A program made the translations under genes and the position numbers. The notes below the pieces were generated by a model, which saw only the letters and a program-made list of their open reading frames with translations, was not told the origin of the DNA and searched no databases. Shown here piece after piece: positions 63,401 to 64,000 of a stretch of DNA of 64,000 nucleotides (positions within the stretch are counted from its first letter, which is position 1; each line of letters begins with the position of its first letter). The stretch comes from an uncultured Nitrospiraceae bacterium (GTDB taxonomy: Bacteria > Nitrospirota > Thermodesulfovibrionia > Thermodesulfovibrionales > Dissulfurispiraceae), in the NCBI GenBank assembly GCA_963727805.1, contig CAVSHF010000003.1:1728001-1792000 (forward strand), written 5' to 3'.

Positions 63401-64000
63401 CTTCGTACATGCAAGGGAGACACCAGTTCTGCCCATGTCTCTGCCGAAAGCCCTGACGCTCTCGGGTGGGGCACAATAATTCTTTTAAGGAGCATCCGAT
63501 AATGTCCAACAAGCTGATTGTCATCGCTCCCCAGAATGAGCGCAGCGATCTCTGCGCTGAGGAGTATATCATCCTGAACCGGTGAATCGCTTATGGTGTT
63601 AAGAATTAGCCTGCTCGCATTGCTCCGTTTTTCTGACAGAAGCGCCTTGAGCAATGCCTTAATGTTGATTACTACAGTGCGATCGACATTAGGGTTCTGG
63701 TATCCGCTGAAGTCCGGCAACCCGGACAGGCTCGCTGCAATGTCACTGTCACTCATCATGTCAATGCTGGGGAGGAGTGCACCGAAAAATGCGATGTAGA
63801 GCTCTTCCCTATCAAGTATTCTAAGGTCAAGTGATGCGAGTTGGTTGAGAATCGTCGGCCTTGAAACTTTTTGAGCAAGTTGGCGGTCAATTGTATCCAA
63901 CATTTCGAGAAATGTGATTCGCCACGCTTCGGAAAAGACAAGCACTGGCGCCAGCTTATTTCTTGGGAGGCATCTCCTGACGAGATCGATGAGCCAGTCA
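60493..64000 (-). CDS. Large PPDK-like dikinase: long N-terminal domain, ATP-grasp and phospho-His domain, no pyruvate barrel (5' end off the window)
   Basis: GSKAKNL, VRSGSYLSMPG, DSYRRF, GTAV...MVYGN, GGATSHAA, ISIDGSTG. The frame stays open from 63945 to the window end (DWLIDLVRRCLPRNKLAP). Confidence 0.85.
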   Translation of the reverse strand, partial: DWLIDLVRRCLPRNKLAPVLVFSEAWRITFLEMLDTIDRQLAQKVSRPTILNQLASLDLRILDREELYIAFFGALLPSIDMMSDSDIAASLSGLPDFSGYQNPNVDRTVVINIKALLKALLSEKRSNASRLILNTISDSPVQDDILLSAEIAALILGSDDNQLVGHYRMLLKRIIVPHPRASGLSAETWAELVSPLHVRRISAFMAIIAAAPEKCIDILVHLICNLAVSGVWIPDDRIFQRDISAYLNSGALRTHFLYHYLLLKRLPCYFNDVGASGMIRDLSSDIDSWGNDSVLYFLRKQIHVNASNSNITLIEQIIRAWLLNDVSCLEGYVPEEILAAMDREQIARYSSALHQIFTSLSLLEKTTIRFDKLRTISDVVFDRVVESIDAPQEIRRKIILLRSLYYQVSLKYALMGMPRTASDSAKIVEQLGRLKTVYTSLEKTEAQESLYYKRHIAFGIPSVIGSYHETKFDALAEALRLEEQIRIFLEETIAAVESCGPEVDISTVRSWFDTLEQAHALFALHDLDNPRISEVLTIMKWNSLSLAQIKDLLKVWQRELTWMVEVFHRAFLRALTELLGRYPHADMPDFLRRLESRDKSFIDRAIDITSRDIINSIAGFEELDRLLNSCIKKLSLFVESGNDVIIPCLMPAQPEKQWFTLHGLSPAEAAAWAPMLGSKAKNLVYLKEKGLLVPPATVFPSSITSTHEEVMSGNNIGHAIREAVAMIEHSTGRTFGSAKNPLFLAVRSGSYLSMPGILSSILYCGMNHETIAGFVDATGDTWLAYDSYRRFIEHYAEIVLDVPSDVFEQERRVILERYHEDDMRRLDTTGLEAIVAQYLTRLSNVGRKIPDDPYEQLRLSMKAIYQSWNCDRALQFRKAMAVSDRWGTAVTLMSMVYGNRKGSGAAVFFTRVPVSFEKGIFGEVRETATGDDLVYGHFINRPLAQSQTNNGDSLEKLDPQLYRLFCKTAEKVEDAMGGLPQEVESAYVTVGDKRQIYIVQTKRMEFRRGPAEKFQESCKMESSVIGRGIGVYGGALSGVACFSASPEDIGKLMSHEKRPIILLRKETDTDDVAVMPSISGIVTSIGGATSHAAILSQKFSLTAVVGCSDMSIRTGTGNVLYAVIGGVEIHEGAEISIDGSTGLVYSGVCAAALRNNRYDEVTALNKYK

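Noticed and set aside
60493..64000. Calling this gene ppdK/ppsA
   Set aside because: No C-terminal pyruvate/PEP-binding barrel after the His domain.

Overview
Bacterial chromosomal segment from an anaerobic, nitrogen-fixing diderm. Gene content suggests Nitrospirota/Thermodesulfovibrionia or a deltaproteobacterium-like lineage; this is inference, not proven. From left to right: a sigma54-driven Mo-nitrogenase operon nifH-nifD-nifK-nifEN, with NifE and NifN fused in frame and running off the left edge; a divergent RelA/SpoT-synthetase-like gene; ugd; a porin with tandem sigma54 and sigma70 promoters; a PilF/Tgl-like TPR lipoprotein; mfd; nifU-nifS; a plsC-like gene; a CysRS paralog with altered Zn ligands and no anticodon domain, downstream of a MATE gene; and a tightly coupled mvhD-metV-metF operon continuing into three split glutamate-synthase-like genes (one with a degenerate FMN barrel, no gltD). 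Next come tRNA-Pro(CGG) and tRNA-Arg(CCT), an AT-richer accessory block (mgtC, GNAT, Usp, PAS protein, HU, Fe-S flavoprotein), a DHH-CBS tRNA nucleotidyltransferase and PBP1A. Remnants of an alpha-2-macroglobulin gene and a PBP1C gene flank a ~5.2 kb block that includes aroK with an IS630 inserted in its last codons. The right end holds a U32 protein, rnhA, mutS2, further pseudogenes, and a giant PPDK-like dikinase lacking the pyruvate domain, paired with a HAD phosphatase and running off the right edge. No CRISPR array, rRNA or prophage was seen. All calls come from reading motifs by eye; no database searches were run.
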